A DNA stretch of 64,000 bases from Lama glama (lineage: Eukaryota). Where the stretch lies: NCBI GenBank assembly GCA_028534125.1, contig CM052817.1, positions 6,636,001-6,700,000 on the forward strand. Reading direction: 5' to 3'. Both the position numbers and the translations under genes were made by a program. Position 1 is the stretch's first letter. Every line of letters starts with the position of its first letter. Below the pieces are notes generated by a model that was not told the origin of the DNA, made no database searches, and was given only the letters and a program-made list of their open reading frames with translations. Of this stretch, positions 35,154 through 48,030 are shown piece by piece.

Positions 35154-36296
35154 AATTTATCAATCAAAGCATCAAATTCTCCCAGCAATTGTCGTCGTTT
35201 GGGTGAGCAAGGGACTCCAAACAGAGGGACTCCTGGGACTCGTGCAGGCGCTAACAGGAAGAGGCTCTCCCCCCAGCCCTGGGCTGGGGGCATTGGGAAG
35301 CACCTGCCTGCTTCACCGCAGCCCCCCTGCCAAGCCACGGGCAGGGCTCGTCTCCCAGCGAGAGTCACTCCACTGACTGAGTCTCTTGGTCGGGTCTACA
35401 GCTGGACTTTCTATTTTGGAAGTAAATGTGCTTCCATTTGCCGAAACTGGTCGATATTCTTTTTGTCATGTGCAATCATAGAAAGTCCTCTTCGTGATCA
35501 ACAATATAATTTTATTGTGTTCTTACTTTCTACCCAGGGTCCTCCTAAGGGTTCTACACAGACCACCTCACTCTGCCCTCACACAGCCCTGCAGTAGCCT
35601 GGGGCCTGTCACTGTCCTCGCTTTGTATGTGGAAGTTTGAGGCTTACGCAGTTTGAGGGTCCAGCTCAAGGACACAGAGCAGCTTAGCAGGATGTCCTGG
35701 ATCTCACATTCTGTTTGCAGAGATTTAAGCACTCTGCTAAAAGTATCTTTGCTACATTACAGGAAAAGCCTGGGTAAAACGGTAGGGTCTCTATAATAAA
35801 ATTATAACAATGTAAACAAACTCTGCATAACAACCATCACAGGAAGAGGTGATAGCTCTTGGCAGCACTAGGATACTTTTTCTGGAAAAAAAGTATGTTC
35901 TATTTCTTTAATAATTAGTTTATCACTTTTTAAAAATGGAAAACAGCTTTTATTTAACCAGAGATAAGCTCCTTCCCTACAAAACTGTGTGTGGGTGTCA
36001 ATTTTGTGATCATAAGAACAGCAGATAAGGTTTTGAAGCCTAGTGTAACCGCCTGCTAATTGCTGCATTTACCTCCATTCTTACTGGGAGTTGGGCTGAA
36101 AATGTACATGCGTGTGTCGCCCATCGTGCTGTTGACACTAATAGGGAATTTACGGTTATTGTTTCCTGGCAGAGCGCTGGATAAGCAGGTTTCTGATAGA
36201 CAGAACTCTAGTAGGGTTTTGAAATGAGTTTGTTTTCCAGCAGACAGAAAACTTAAATGTGCGTTGACGTGAGTCTCTGCAGAATTGCATCATGAG

Positions 36297-36427
36297 AGCG
36301 GGAGGGTATAGCTCAAGTGGCAGAGTGCATGCTTGGCATACACAAAGCCCTGGGTTCGATCCAGAGCCTAATCACCTAAACCTAATCACCTCCCCCCACC
36401 CCCCAAATTATTTTTAATTAAAAAAAA
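36297..36427 (+). mobile_element. Camelid tRNA-derived SINE (Vic-1-like) with TSD
   Basis: GGGAGGGTATAGCTCAAGTGG.AGAGTGCATGCTT.GCAT (A box), GGGTTCGATCC (B box), CCTAATCACCTCCCC, A tail; TSD AGAATT(GC/CT)ATCATGAG at 36281-36296 and 36428-36443. Confidence 0.85.
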
Positions 36428-36499
36428 AGAATTCTATCATGAGCACTTCTTCAACTTGCCGTTGAGATATAACTTGGTTAGTGAATTCCTCTTTGACTT

Positions 36500-36700
36500 T
36501 TCCTTCTCACCGTGTCACACCATCTCATTTAATCCTTCCAAAAACCCTAGGAGGTGGGGAAAACTTTATTTTTCAGATGAGGAACCTGCAGCTATGAGGT
36601 TATGCAATTTGCCCAAGGTCATGTGGCAAGTAAGAGTGAGAGCTGAGACTAGAATTTGGTTCTTTCTGATCCCAGAGAATATATCCCTTCACTTCACATG
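36500..36700 (-). mobile_element. MIR SINE
   Basis: ATCTCATTTAATCCT, TTTTCAGATGAGGAA.CTG, TTTGCCCAAGGTCA. Confidence 0.8.
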
Positions 36701-36869
36701 CCTGGGTTTTCATCTCTGAAATTCTACAGCTTTACACGAAGCATCACATGGCTTAGTGTCCAAATGTGAGCCATCTTCCTCGTTCTGGTGTTGTTTTATT
36801 TATATTCATCATAACCGTACAGCTTTGTATTTATACAGCACTTACTACTGAGAAGGAGTGAAACTCAGG

Positions 36870-37070
36870 CGACCATATGAGCTCCAGAATTAGACTTGGA
36901 TTTGGGTCCTGGCCCTACAAAGGGGACACTGTAACCATGGGCAATTTACAGAGCTTTGGTTTCCTCATCTGAAAGTGGAGGAAATAATTGCACCCTCACA
37001 GGTTTGCTGAGAACAGTAGTAAAGACGTACTCCCAAAGTCTGTCGCAGTGGAAGCTGGGTACGTGTTCAG
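36870..37070 (+). mobile_element. MIR SINE
   Basis: CCATGGGCAATTTAC, GTTTCCTCATCTG.AAGTGGAG, CCTCACAGG.TTGCTGAGA. Confidence 0.7.
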
Positions 37071-39599
37071 TTTTCTCTCTCCTTTCAGCAGGTTGGGTTA
37101 GCTCGGTGAACACGCGGCCTGATGTGTTAGCTAAATTAAATGAAATCTAAAACCCTTCTTTCCTGTTCCCTGATTTCATCCCTCTTTCACAAGGAAGCAT
37201 ACCAGAACAAGGAACAGCTGGCTTTCTGACGAAAATCCCCCATCTTTCAGGCCAAGACGGAATTCAGGCCATAGATAAGAGGCACGTGGCTGGTTTCATT
37301 TTTATAGCCTGGTGAGTGACGCATTTGGCTTCTCTTGTTTGCTTGTATCTTGAGGTCAAAGAAATGATGCAGTACATGATCGCAAGTGCCGATCCTTCAT
37401 TTCCCGAACATCTGTGTTCAGAGCATATGTCTGCAGAGACAAGTGAGGATTCATCTTTCCATGATCTGGTCTCTTAGGTACTGGTGCCTTTGAAGCACGG
37501 TACATGTATTTTGACTCTTTCTGACAAGTAATGACAAGTTTAAGGGGCAATTAGAAAAAGAAAATGTTTGTTTTCCATCCGGAAAGAACTCTGAAATATC
37601 CCTTAGACACCTTCTCCCTTAAATCATCAAGTTCTGAATACATTCCAGAGCCATGAGGCCTGAGGTTAAGTTATTCCTACTGGCTTATCTTGAGCAAATT
37701 TTGGCTTGCAGATGAACGAACACCCATGTGGTTTGAAATTCTTCCATGATAGGTTTAAACTCAGAGTGTAATTAGCGAGTATGGAAGTTGAGTGAATTTA
37801 TGAGCATGCAGACCCTTGAGATAAGCCAAGTGCCTGTGGCAATATCCCATCCTAAGGAGGGACTTTTCAGGGATTTCCTGCAAGAGGGTTTCCTTCAGCA
37901 CCCCAACAGGATGGTTGCTAGAAACGCTGTCTAGAACAGCATCCAGATAAGAAGCCTGGCACATGGGGGGCGACCTCGATACCTCCTTTCTTCCCCTCCC
38001 CCAGCATCCCGTCTTCGGGGTTTTACATATTCCCATCATCTGTCCATTAGGCACCCAATCACCTTCTACTCTCTGCTCTTTTTACTCTCCAACCTGTTCA
38101 TCCTGCAGCCAACTACTTTTTTCCCCTCAAACATTAATCTTATCACATAATCTGCTCACTGTTGTGTGTCACTACACAGCACCGTGCCTAGCGATATTAG
38201 ATGCTCTGTAACTAATCATGGCATGGCTGATGAATGGGAGAATGAGTGGACTACGGCATCTGGGGTAAATTTCACCTTCATTTTCCTTACCTGAGATAAT
38301 CGTTGGGATGTAGACTGTTCAAGTGGATCCAGGAACCGAATATCTGTGATTCAGACACATGTGAACAGTACCAGAGACCTGTAAGGCTGCTTGATTCAGT
38401 AAGAATTTTATTTTCCAATAGAACAGATCTCTTTGAAAGAACCTAATAAAAGACAAAGAACCTTTCTCTGGTCTTAAAATAATCTTTATTCTGGTGAGCC
38501 AACGTGATACCTTGAGACTCAGCTAGGGATTTTGGGGAAAAAAAAAAAAAGAGCATAGGTGCTCACAGCATCAGTGCCAGCTGGCAAGGAGTGAAGTCGG
38601 AAAATGAAGACCATGTTCAGGTGAGCGTCTCCGACTCTGTTACACCGAGAGGCGCAGAGCTGGGTGCGGAGGTAGGGAGGCCTGGGGGACATGGTACATG
38701 AGGCTTCTGGATAAACTTGGTGTCTTTCTCTATAACAATTTAACTTGAATGATGGGAGAAGTGGGGAAACAGGTAATGTTTATGCTTTCCAAAGTTTATG
38801 TCATCTCCACCAAACCCTTGTTTTAATTCTACACAATTTCATATTTAATCTAGTTTTCACACCTCATTTACATTTTGATAATAAAAGAAAAAACATCAAC
38901 TCCTACACATCAGATCAATTTTCTACAGCAATTACTCACATTTGATTTTTGTTTTACAAACGTGTAATTCTGCTAAGTTTCATTTCCTGCCTCAGTGAGT
39001 TTTCTGAGTGAGTTTGGACATTTGCTCTAAGTGATTTCAGCATCATTCTTTGTTAACCTCTTTAAATCGAAGCATCTTTAATCTTGCCTTGTCTTCTCAT
39101 GTTGTGTTCGGACATTTGTGGGGACGGGGGCGTTGGGAATCCATTGGAATATTTTTCTTGAAGCCTACTCATTTTCTGTTGCAGAATTACAAGGTTGCTT
39201 CAAATACAGGTGATGATGCCCTACTGCCAATTTATTTTTCTGAAAGTTTTTAGTGGCTTTCTTTTCTTTTTAAAAGTTTTCCCCTGAAAACCATGCCCTT
39301 ATCTTATATTCCATTTTTCACAATCTCTGTGGTGCAAGGGGGTGCCTCAGCCTCACCCCCGAATTCTAAGATTTTCTCCGTGGTGTCTTGTCCATGTATA
39401 GGTGGTTTTTCGTCTCGTGGAGGGGAAGTCGGGAATAAACTACGTCACCATCTTGGCGATGTCACTCCTCCCATTCTAAATTGTCAAGCTCTCTCCTTAA
39501 TCTTTATCTCCTCAGAATCCTGCTTTCCATCATCCTGACTGAGTCTGGACTGTATGTTCCCTAAAATGGCCTCACTGCACCCAATTCTCTGAGCTTCCA

Positions 39600-39955
39600 T
39601 TTACTGCTATCTTGGTTTAAATTCTACTTTCTTGGAGTCATGTCTTCCTCTGAGTTTCTATTTTCACCTCTGCTGGTATCTAGTCCCAAGTAACTTCCTA
39701 AAAGTAGGGGTGTGGGTTGTACTCTTTGTTCACTCATATGAATGAATGAGAGAGAGCTGGGCTACATGTGAAATTCTGGATTGGACAATTACTTCTCCCT
39801 TACAACTTTGAAGTCCTTTCTGTATTGTTTTCTGGCGTTTAGTGCTCTTGATGTGTCTGAAGATACTCTGGCCTTTATTTTTTTTGTAGATAACCTTTTT
39901 TTCTCTCTATAAGGTTGTTGTCATTTTGTTTGCACATTAGTATTCTGAAATTTCT
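39600..39955 (-). mobile_element. Ancient L1/HAL1 ORF1-region fragment (probably continues at ~42220-42700)
   Basis: GAAATTCTGG.TTGG, ACTTTGAAG, ATTGTTTTCTGGC.TTTAGTG, TTTGTAG.TAACC, TTCTGAAATTTC. Confidence 0.5.
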
Positions 39956-39959
39956 CTTT

Positions 39960-41870
39960 TTATTGTTTAATTTTATTTTATTGTGGTAAAAACACTTAAC
40001 ATGAGATCTACTCTATATAGAATTTTAAATGTATAATACGTTTTTGTTGACAATAGTTACAAGGTTGAAGAGCATATTTCTAGAGCTTATTCATCTTGTT
40101 TGGTTGATACTACATGCAAAGCCTGCTGGTTAGTAGCTCTCCATTTACTCCTCCTGCCCTGGACAACCACCACTCCACTCTCTGATTCTATGAATTTGAA
40201 TATTTTAGGTACCTCCTGTAAGTGGAATCATGCAGTATTTTTTTTTTTTCTGTGACTGGCTTTTTTAACTTAGCACAATGTCTTCATGGTTCATTCAGAT
40301 TATAAAATATTGCAAAATGTCCTTCTTTTTAAAGACTAACTTAGTATTCCATTGTATGTATGTAACACATTTTATTTATCCATTTATCTAGAAATGGACC
40401 TTTAGGCTGTTTCTAGATCTTGGCTTTGTAAATAGTGCTGTGATGAATACAGGAGTGCTAATATCTCTCCAAGATTTGAATTCTCATTCTTTTGGATAAA
40501 TATCAAAACCGTGATTGCTGGATCATATGATAGCTCTATTTTTAACTTTTTGAAGAACCTCCATGCTATTTTCCATAGAGAGTGCACCATTTTGTATTCC
40601 CATCAACAATTTAAAATAGTTTCAATTTCTCCACATTCTCATTAACATTTGCTGTCTTTTTTTTATGACAAGTATGGGGTGATACCTCATGGTGGTTTTA
40701 TTTGCATTACCTTGGTGACTAGTAACATTAAACATTTTTTTGCCACTTATCTGTTGTCCATTTCTAAGTCTTCTTTGGATAAATGTCCATTTAAGTTCCT
40801 TAGTCCATTTTAAAAACAGGTTAATAGTTTTCAGTTTCTGTTTGTTTGTTTTTGTTTGTGTGTGTGTGTGTGTTTTTTTTTTTGTTGTTGTTGTTCTTGA
40901 GTTGTAGGAGTTCCTTATACATCTTGGAGATTAACTCCTTATCAGATGTATGTGTTGTGGTCTGACTGTTGGTAATCCCTTAAAATTCACATGTTGGAAT
41001 CCTAATGCCCGATGTGATGGTATTAGGAGGTGGGACCTTTGGGAGATACTTAAGTTATGAGAGTGGACCTGACCTGAATGGAACTAGTGCTCTTATAAAA
41101 GAGACCCCACAGAGTTCCTTAACCAACTTCTGCCACGTGAAGATATAATGAGAACTCTGCAGCAGGGAAGGGGCCCTCATCTGACCTGGATATCAGAATT
41201 CCAGCCTCTAAAACTCTGAAAAATAGATTTCTATTATTCATAAACTACCCAGTTTACGGTATTTTGTTATAGCATCCTGAACAGTTTAAGATGTATGGTG
41301 TGCAAATATTTTCTCCCATACATTCCACAGGTTTCATTTTTAGCGAGTTGATTATTTCCCTTGCTGTACAGTTTTTAGTTTGATGTAATCCCAGTTGCTT
41401 CTTTTGTTGCTGTTGTTGTCTCTGCTTTTAATGTCGTATCTGTGAGATCATTGTCAATACATGTATCATGATGCTTTTCCCTTACGTTTTCTTCTAGAAA
41501 TTTTACAGTTTCAGGTCTTATGTTTAAATCTTTAATTTATCTTCAGTTGACTTTTGTGTATGGTGTAAGATGAGTCCAATTTCTTTCTTTTGCATGTGGA
41601 TATTCAATTTTCTTAAAATTATTTGTTGAAGAGAATGTCCTTTCTCCATTGTATATTCTTAGCACCCTTATAAAAAAATCAGTTAACCATTTATGCATGG
41701 ATCTCTTCTGGCCTCTGTATTCTGTTCCACTGTTCTCTATATGCCTGTCCCTATTCCAGAACCATGCTGTTTAGATTATTGTAGTTTTGTAATATATTTT
41801 GAAATCAGGAAGTGTAATCCCTTCAACTTTGTTCTTTTTTTTTCAGGGTCAGTTTAGTTATTCATGGTCT
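39960..41870 (-). mobile_element. L1MA8/9-like element, ~1.55 kb, interrupted by an LTR
   Basis: TTGTGGTAA.AACACTTAACATGAGATCTAC 3' end; GTAAGTGGAATCATGCAGTATT; TTTTACAGTTTCAGGTCTTATGTTTAA.TCTTTAAT; TTTGAAATCAGGAAGTG. Confidence 0.9.
40953..41292 (+). mobile_element. MLT1A-like solo LTR nested in L1, 5-bp TSD
   Basis: AAATTCA.ATGTTG.AATCCTAA, GTGATGGTATTAGGAGGTGGG.CCTTTGGGAG, CTTATAAAAGAGACCCCA; GTATG at 40948-40952 and 41293-41297. Confidence 0.9.
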
Positions 41871-41929
41871 TTTGTTTCTCTGGAATGTTTCTACTCTATT
41901 CTAGAAATTGACTTGATGGTAACTTGGGG

Positions 41930-42220
41930 TTTGTTTTTGTTTCTGACATCATGTAAATGAAGCTGCCATGAACACTTGTGTGTAGACTTTCACGTGGGCA
42001 CCCGTTCTCACTTCTCTTGGGTAAATAACTAGAAGTAAGATTTCTTGGGTCACAATGTAATTGCATGTTTAACTTTATATGAAATTGCCAACTTGTTTTC
42101 CAAAGTGTAGAGAGTACTGGTTGATCTATGTCATCCCCAGTACTTGGTAATTTCCATTTTTATTTGATTTATTTTCCAGTGTTAGACATTCTAGTCTATG
42201 TGTAGTTGTAGCTCATGATT
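41930..42220 (-). mobile_element. Old L1 ORF2-end fragment
   Basis: GCTGCCATGAACA.TTGTGT, TTCTCTTGGGTAAATA.CTAG.AGT, TGCCAACTTGTTTTCCAAAGTG. Confidence 0.75.
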
Positions 42221-42934
42221 TGGAACCTTTCCTTCTGAGGATTCACATTTCTGTCAGTTCTAAAAACCCTTCTTATATTATTTATTAAGCAATATCTGCC
42301 CTGCCCCCCCATCCTCATCATTACTCATTTCCAGAATTCCTTTAGATCCAATGGTGGGATCACTGTATTATCTTTCATCTTTTCTCTCAGATTCTTCTCT
42401 TTTTGGCTCTAGGTTCTGTGTCATTCATTTGACTTTATCTTCAACCCATGTATATGTTTTTCCTTTAGTTTTATATGCCATATATTGTTTTAACTCCTAA
42501 GGTCTCTTCTCTATTATTCTATAGTTTCTTATTCATGGCAACTGATTCTAATTTTTTGATAGCAATGCATCCTTAGATTTCTGTCAAGATTCTAATTAGG
42601 ATCTGTTTCCTGATTACAGTAATCTTTCTCCTAGAGTCATTATCTCTCAATTAACTAATCTTAGCCTTTCTCCATCATGGTTTCTTCACTTTTCGGGTGT
42701 TTCTATGTTGTCCAGTCATATTTAGGAATTAGGCAGAAGGATGATTTCTGGAAGTTCTGTGTACAGACGAGTAAGGCATGTGGATCATTTTTCTTCAGGT
42801 TTCCCCCCTTGCATGATGACTGCTGCTTAGGAAGCAAGACAAGCCCTCTGCTTTGGGTCTTCTACTTAATAGCTGTAGAGGGGAAAGAACACAGTTTTAA
42901 TATTTATTAAGAATTAATTAAACCTAAACACTCT

Positions 42935-43205
42935 CAAATTATAACAATAAAAACAACTAATGGTTATATCATGCTTATAATATGCCTGCCCCTTTTCTAA
43001 GAACTTTTCACATATTCATTTAATTTCACAACAACCCTGTCACAGAGACCTATTACTATTATCCCTCTTTAAAGATGAGGACATTGAGGAACAGAGAGGT
43101 TAACTAATATGTCCACATTTGCACAGCAAGTAAGTGGCAAAGCTTATTTGAAACACAAAAGTTTGGATCTAGTATCTTTGCTCTTGAACAATATGCTATA
43201 CTGAC
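42935..43205 (-). mobile_element. Near full-length MIR (second MIR fragment at ~43220-43350)
   Basis: TCATTTAAT.TCACAACAACCCTG, TATTACTATTATCCC..TTTA.AGATGAGGA.A.TGAGG.ACAGAGAGGTTAA. Confidence 0.85.
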
Positions 43206-44886
43206 TTCCCAGCATTGACTTTCTTCTGAATCCTTTCAACAAACCTGTGGGGTAGGTATTATCAATGCCACTTTACAAAAGAGAATTTTTGAGACCCAGA
43301 TGGGTTAAATGATAGACCTCATTCCACAAAGCTCAGGAATGGAAACTGTTCAAGAAGCTCAGATTTGTCCAAAGGATGATCATTTTAAATGTTTAGAAAG
43401 AGAGATTTCTTGACAATTAAATCAATGTTTATTTGAAGCAGGGTAACATTTGAACTCCATGTTTTGGTTTCAATGATAAAAACAAACACGCACAGAAAGA
43501 CTCTGCTACTAATGATCTGTACAGAATGTCTCTTTTACTTTGGAACCAACAATTAAGTTCTGAAGTATCAATTATGTTGTTTCTCAATAACACAACGGAT
43601 CAATAACCTTCATTTGATGTTCATCTTAATTACCGTGTGGGGTTTTCTGCAGAAACATTCTGAAACAGATCCTGTGTATTAATCTCTCCACGTAGTTCTT
43701 GTTCCTCACAATGGAGCAATCAGACCTTGATTAATGTTAGCATTAAACTAACTGCTATCTAATCAGTTGACAAAATGCTGGTTTTGATTCTAGTTTCTGT
43801 GGTCTGTTTGTTTCGGATGCTTCTGATTGGTGTTTGCCATGGGGAAGAATAAAGAAATAAGACATACATTATTCATTGACGTGAGTAGAAGGGTTTTGAC
43901 AAAATGACAGAGCAATAACTCAAGTCCTAAATGTAAACTGCCACTCTCCCCATCCTGCTGCCTTTTGAAGACTAGAGACTTTAAACCAATAGTCCAATAA
44001 GTAAGCTGCCCCTCTCGAATTCCACACCATGAAAAATGATACCGCCAATCGCCAGATGGCCCAAGGGGGAGAATGGGAGTGGGTCTGTTTCTTCTCCTCT
44101 TTGTAGTCTAGATTCTTTCAGATCTGAGATCATTCTCTCTCCCCTCGTTAAAAATGGTGCCTCCTCTCCTTTTCTTCACTTATTCCCATGCTTTTGTAGT
44201 CATCCATCCTTGTTTCCATTTTACTCCACCCCTCAGTCCCCTACACTGGAGGGACCGATAATCCCAATATATAGTTTCAGATCATCCACCTCATGTTCAG
44301 AATTCTCTAGTGGGTCTCTGGTGTGTCCACCAGCTCTGCAGAGCCCCAAGTCTTGGGGAGGATGTCTTTGGAGCCCAAGGGTGCCTGAGAGGAAAGCCCT
44401 CCACCCAAGTTTTAACAGAGCAGTTCTAGTCTTACCTGCCTTCTGCCAGTGGATAGTAAATAACATTTTATTTGTAAAGTAAAAAGGTCTGTCACTGAAA
44501 AGATTTGAAAACTACTGACCCACAGGAGGAAATTCACGCTCCATCTCAGAACAGATGTGTACGGCCTGCATCCTGCAACATACAGTCCATCCTACATCAT
44601 ACTGTGTCATAGAATAACATAGAAGCTTATCAGTGAAGAGGCCCCTGCCTTCCATCAGTCCAGTTATGCCCCCAATTCCAGGACATGTCTAGACATTTAG
44701 AATTTTTCTGATTTACTTGCATCTCACTGGATAATCTGTGTCTTCTCATGTCATCCCCCTGCCTTCACACATTCTATTCCCTCTGCCTGGCATCTCCTAC
44801 CCCTGGTGGTCTGCCTGAAAACTCCTATTTAGTCTCAAATGTCAGCTCAAGAACTGCTTTGGGTGAAGCTTTCTGATCCTCTAGCC

Positions 44887-45097
44887 TAGCACTGTCCAGC
44901 AGGATGTGGTACAGTCATGGGAGTGTTCTGTTATCTGCACTGTCCAGCCTGGTGGACACTAGCCACACGTGACTGTTGAGCCCTTGAAATGTGGCAAGTG
45001 CAGCTGAGGAACTGAATTCCTAACTTTATGTGTGAAATAATTTTAATTATTTAAAATAATCATACATGAGTGGTGCCTACAGCTTTGGGAGAGCAGG
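44887..45097. mobile_element. MER3 hAT-Charlie MITE within L2 remnants
   Basis: AGCACTGTCCA, ATCTGCACTGTCCA, CACTAGCCACA.GTG.CT.TTGAGC.CTTGAAATGTGGC.AGTG..CTGAGGAACTGAATT. Confidence 0.85.
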
Positions 45098-45299
45098 TCC
45101 GGACAGATCCACTTTGAGACTTACTTTTGTTATGGAATTTAAAAAAAAAATGATCCTAATTTTTCACACTGATATTTTTTCTGCTGGCTTATTAGCACCT
45201 GTGGGTCAGGACTGTGTGTTTGCCTGTACCAACCTTTGCCACTAGCACAGTGTCTGGGACATAGTAGAGATTCTCTGAATGTTGAATGAACATAATAGG

Positions 45300-45555
45300 A
45301 AGCAGTGTTACTAAGTAGGAAATACAACATGTACAGGGTAAGTTCCCAGGGCTTTGCAGTCAGACACTCCTTGTTTGGAGTCTGGGAACTTTTAGTTAGT
45401 AAATGAGGTGGGCAAGTTACTCCTCCTGAGTCTAACTTTCTCACCTATTTGATGAGGATAATGCATAATTTCTCTTCATTAGATTTGTTGGGAGAATTAA
45501 AAGAGCTATGGTATCTGAATCCAATGCAAGTTAATGAGTTAACATTAATTATCTT
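45300..45555 (+). mobile_element. MIR SINE, preceded by an L2 3' end at ~45180-45295
   Basis: GGCTTTGCAGTCAGAC, GGGCAAGTTACT, TTTCTCA.CT.T, TTGTTGGGAGAATTAAA.GAG. Confidence 0.7.
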
Positions 45556-46786
45556 TCAAGACTACCCACTATGTATTTAACTGCTGATATAGTCTGTCCT
45601 GAAGCATATTTCCATCACCTGAAATTCAGAATTCTACTGATAGAAACGTTTGAAAAATTCATACTAAGAGATAGCAGGTTGTAATATATACAAACAGCCA
45701 AAAAATTAATTTTAAAAGGACTACAGCTGGTGAGTTGCATACCCAAGTCAGCACAGGTGTGTTCCCAACTTCAGTGAAACCAAATCCGCCTCTACGTGGG
45801 TAAAAGTATTTGCAGAAACATGCCAAGTGACAGGTGGTGAGCTCGACCAGCATGACTAATGGTGGAAGAGAAAGGCAGAGGGAGAGAGGCTGTTGGTGGA
45901 AACACCGTGATTTATTACTCACTGGGAAAAATGCAGTGTCAAGGAGTATAGGGTCTTGGCTGGCATCCGTGTCCTGAATCAATTGAAGCAGTTTTATTTA
46001 GGGGAGCTGAAGCCAGAAACAACTGTCCACCTTTGTCATCGCTTTGGATGCCTTAGTTCAAAATGAAATGAAGGCTGCAATCAGCAGAACGGGAGGAGGC
46101 CATGGTCGCCAAAAAGTACATTAGTCTCAGCATACGTGTACGTAGAAACATAGCTGTCCTGAAGACTCTGTGATGGGGTACATAAACAAACACACAAACA
46201 CGTGCATAAAAATAACCTCGTCTCCAAGTCCAAGCCGCTAATTCATCACAGCGCACTCCCGGGGCAGAGGAGGGATCGCTGCTTCCCTACAGTTCCTAAC
46301 CGGATTTCTACTTGAAGTCTAAGCAGACTGAGGTTTAGAAAGCCTGCTGCCATTCATCTAGTCAAGGCACCTGAACAGTAACCTGACTTTGGTAACTTGT
46401 AACAACCGCTGAATTACTTAGCTTGGGTGTTGATTGGCTCAACTGTGAAATACGCAAAACAGCAAAACTACACGTTCATTTTTTTAGGAGGTGTTTCTTT
46501 CTTTCCATGTTTGACAGCTCTCTTCATTTTTAATCTTATCTGTGGAACAATATTCATCAATGAAAGGGCTGTAATCCATTTCTCTATTGTTATTTTAATT
46601 CCTTATTTGAGATATTTTCTTCACCATGCATGCAAATAAAACTGAGCATTTAAAAGCATACATACATCATTGAAATTGAAGTCAGTTCAGCCTAAAAATT
46701 AGTATAAGCATCAATTATTTTTTTATGTCATAAGCTCTGCTAGGTGCTGAGAAACATGCTCTGTGAACAGGATTCTTTTTTCCATC

Positions 46787-47385
46787 TGCAGTAGGCAGAA
46801 TTTCTAGGTAAGGCCAACAGGATCCATGTCCTCTCCCATCCTTAGGACTTGTGAATGTGAGAAACCACACCTGTGGTTGTGTTTCATGGCAAAGTTGAAC
46901 TCCAAAAACGGGCTAATATCTTGATGGGCCTGATCTAATCACACGAGTCCTTATGAGCAAAGAACTTTCTCTGGTTGGTGGCAGGAGATTGAGGTAGAAT
47001 CCAGAGTTTCAAAGCATAAGAAGAAGTTGAGTTGACAGCACTGTTGTTGCCTTTGAAGATGGACAGAGCCATGTGAGAAGGCATCTGGACAGCTTCTAGA
47101 AGAAGAGTGGCCCTGCGCTGACAGCCAGCAAGGAAACAGGGACCCAGGTCTGCAACCACAAGGAACTGGATTCTGCCAGCTTGAATGACGTGGAAATGGA
47201 CTCTCCCCGGAGCCTCCAGTGAAGAGCCAGGCTGGCTGACATCTTGGCGTCAGTCTTACGAGACCCTAAGCAGAGAACTTAATTGCCCTCATCCGAATTT
47301 CTGACCTACAGACCTGTCAGATAATAAATAGGTGTTATTTGTTGACTCTAAGTTTATGGCAAATTTCCCACAGAAGTTAATAACT
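46787..47385 (+). mobile_element. MaLR solo LTR (MLT1E-like)
   Basis: TAGGCAGAATT, TGGGCCTGA.CTAATCACA.GAG.CCTT, GCTGACAGCCAGCAAGGAAACAGGGACC, CAACCACAAGGAACTGGATTCTGCC, TTCTGACCTACAGA. Confidence 0.85.
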
Positions 47386-47604
47386 ACTGCAGTGTTCTTG
47401 CAGAACAAGAGTTAGTTTAGCAAGGAAGGAAAACATCTCAGTAACAATTAGAATGCAGTGTGATATATGTTGATATAGAAGAAAATTGAAATATACATTT
47501 AGATGACATTTGACTTGGGATGTGAAGAATGCATAGAGTTTGGAGGCAAAGATAGAACAGAAATATGGTCCAGGAAGAAGACACAGAATCTGCAAATAGC
47601 CAGT

Positions 47605-48030
47605 ATCACAGACGAGCTTCTTGGAAAGCTGACTTGGAAATGGAGATTAGCTGTGCAGGAGTTTTTTTCATTTTTGCTTTGTTTTTTTTAATTGTTCCTT
47701 TGTTTCAGGAGTGTGCTTGGGATCTACGGCTGTGGATGAGAGAGAGAGGAAGTAGGCCTCTGCAGAGGGAGAAACGGAGCTGTGAACCAGCCCCAGAAAT
47801 GTGTTCAGCCAGCCCAAGGGGTGATGTCTCACCCAAGATGTCCTGAGTTGGGGCAGTGGAGCTGGGACTTCATACCCTTGATTAGCAATGGATGTAGGCT
47901 TCCCTGTGGAAGGAGGCATGACCTTGTGTGAGGCAGTTTTCTGAAGCTGAGACCATTCCTAATGAAGGATAATCACTCAGAGCTGCTTCTTTCATACACA
48001 TTTCTGACGTGGGGTCTGAGAGGTGCACAC
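47605..48030 (-). mobile_element. ERVL LTR (LTR33-like)
   Basis: ATGGAGATTAG.TGTGCAGGAGTTT, GGAGTG.GCTTGGGATC.AC..CTGTG, GCAGAGGGAGAA..GAGCTG. Confidence 0.55.

Noticed and set aside
36300..36365. tRNA-like sequence
   Set aside because: The 3' acceptor stem is absent, and it has an A tail and TSD, so it is a SINE head rather than a tRNA gene
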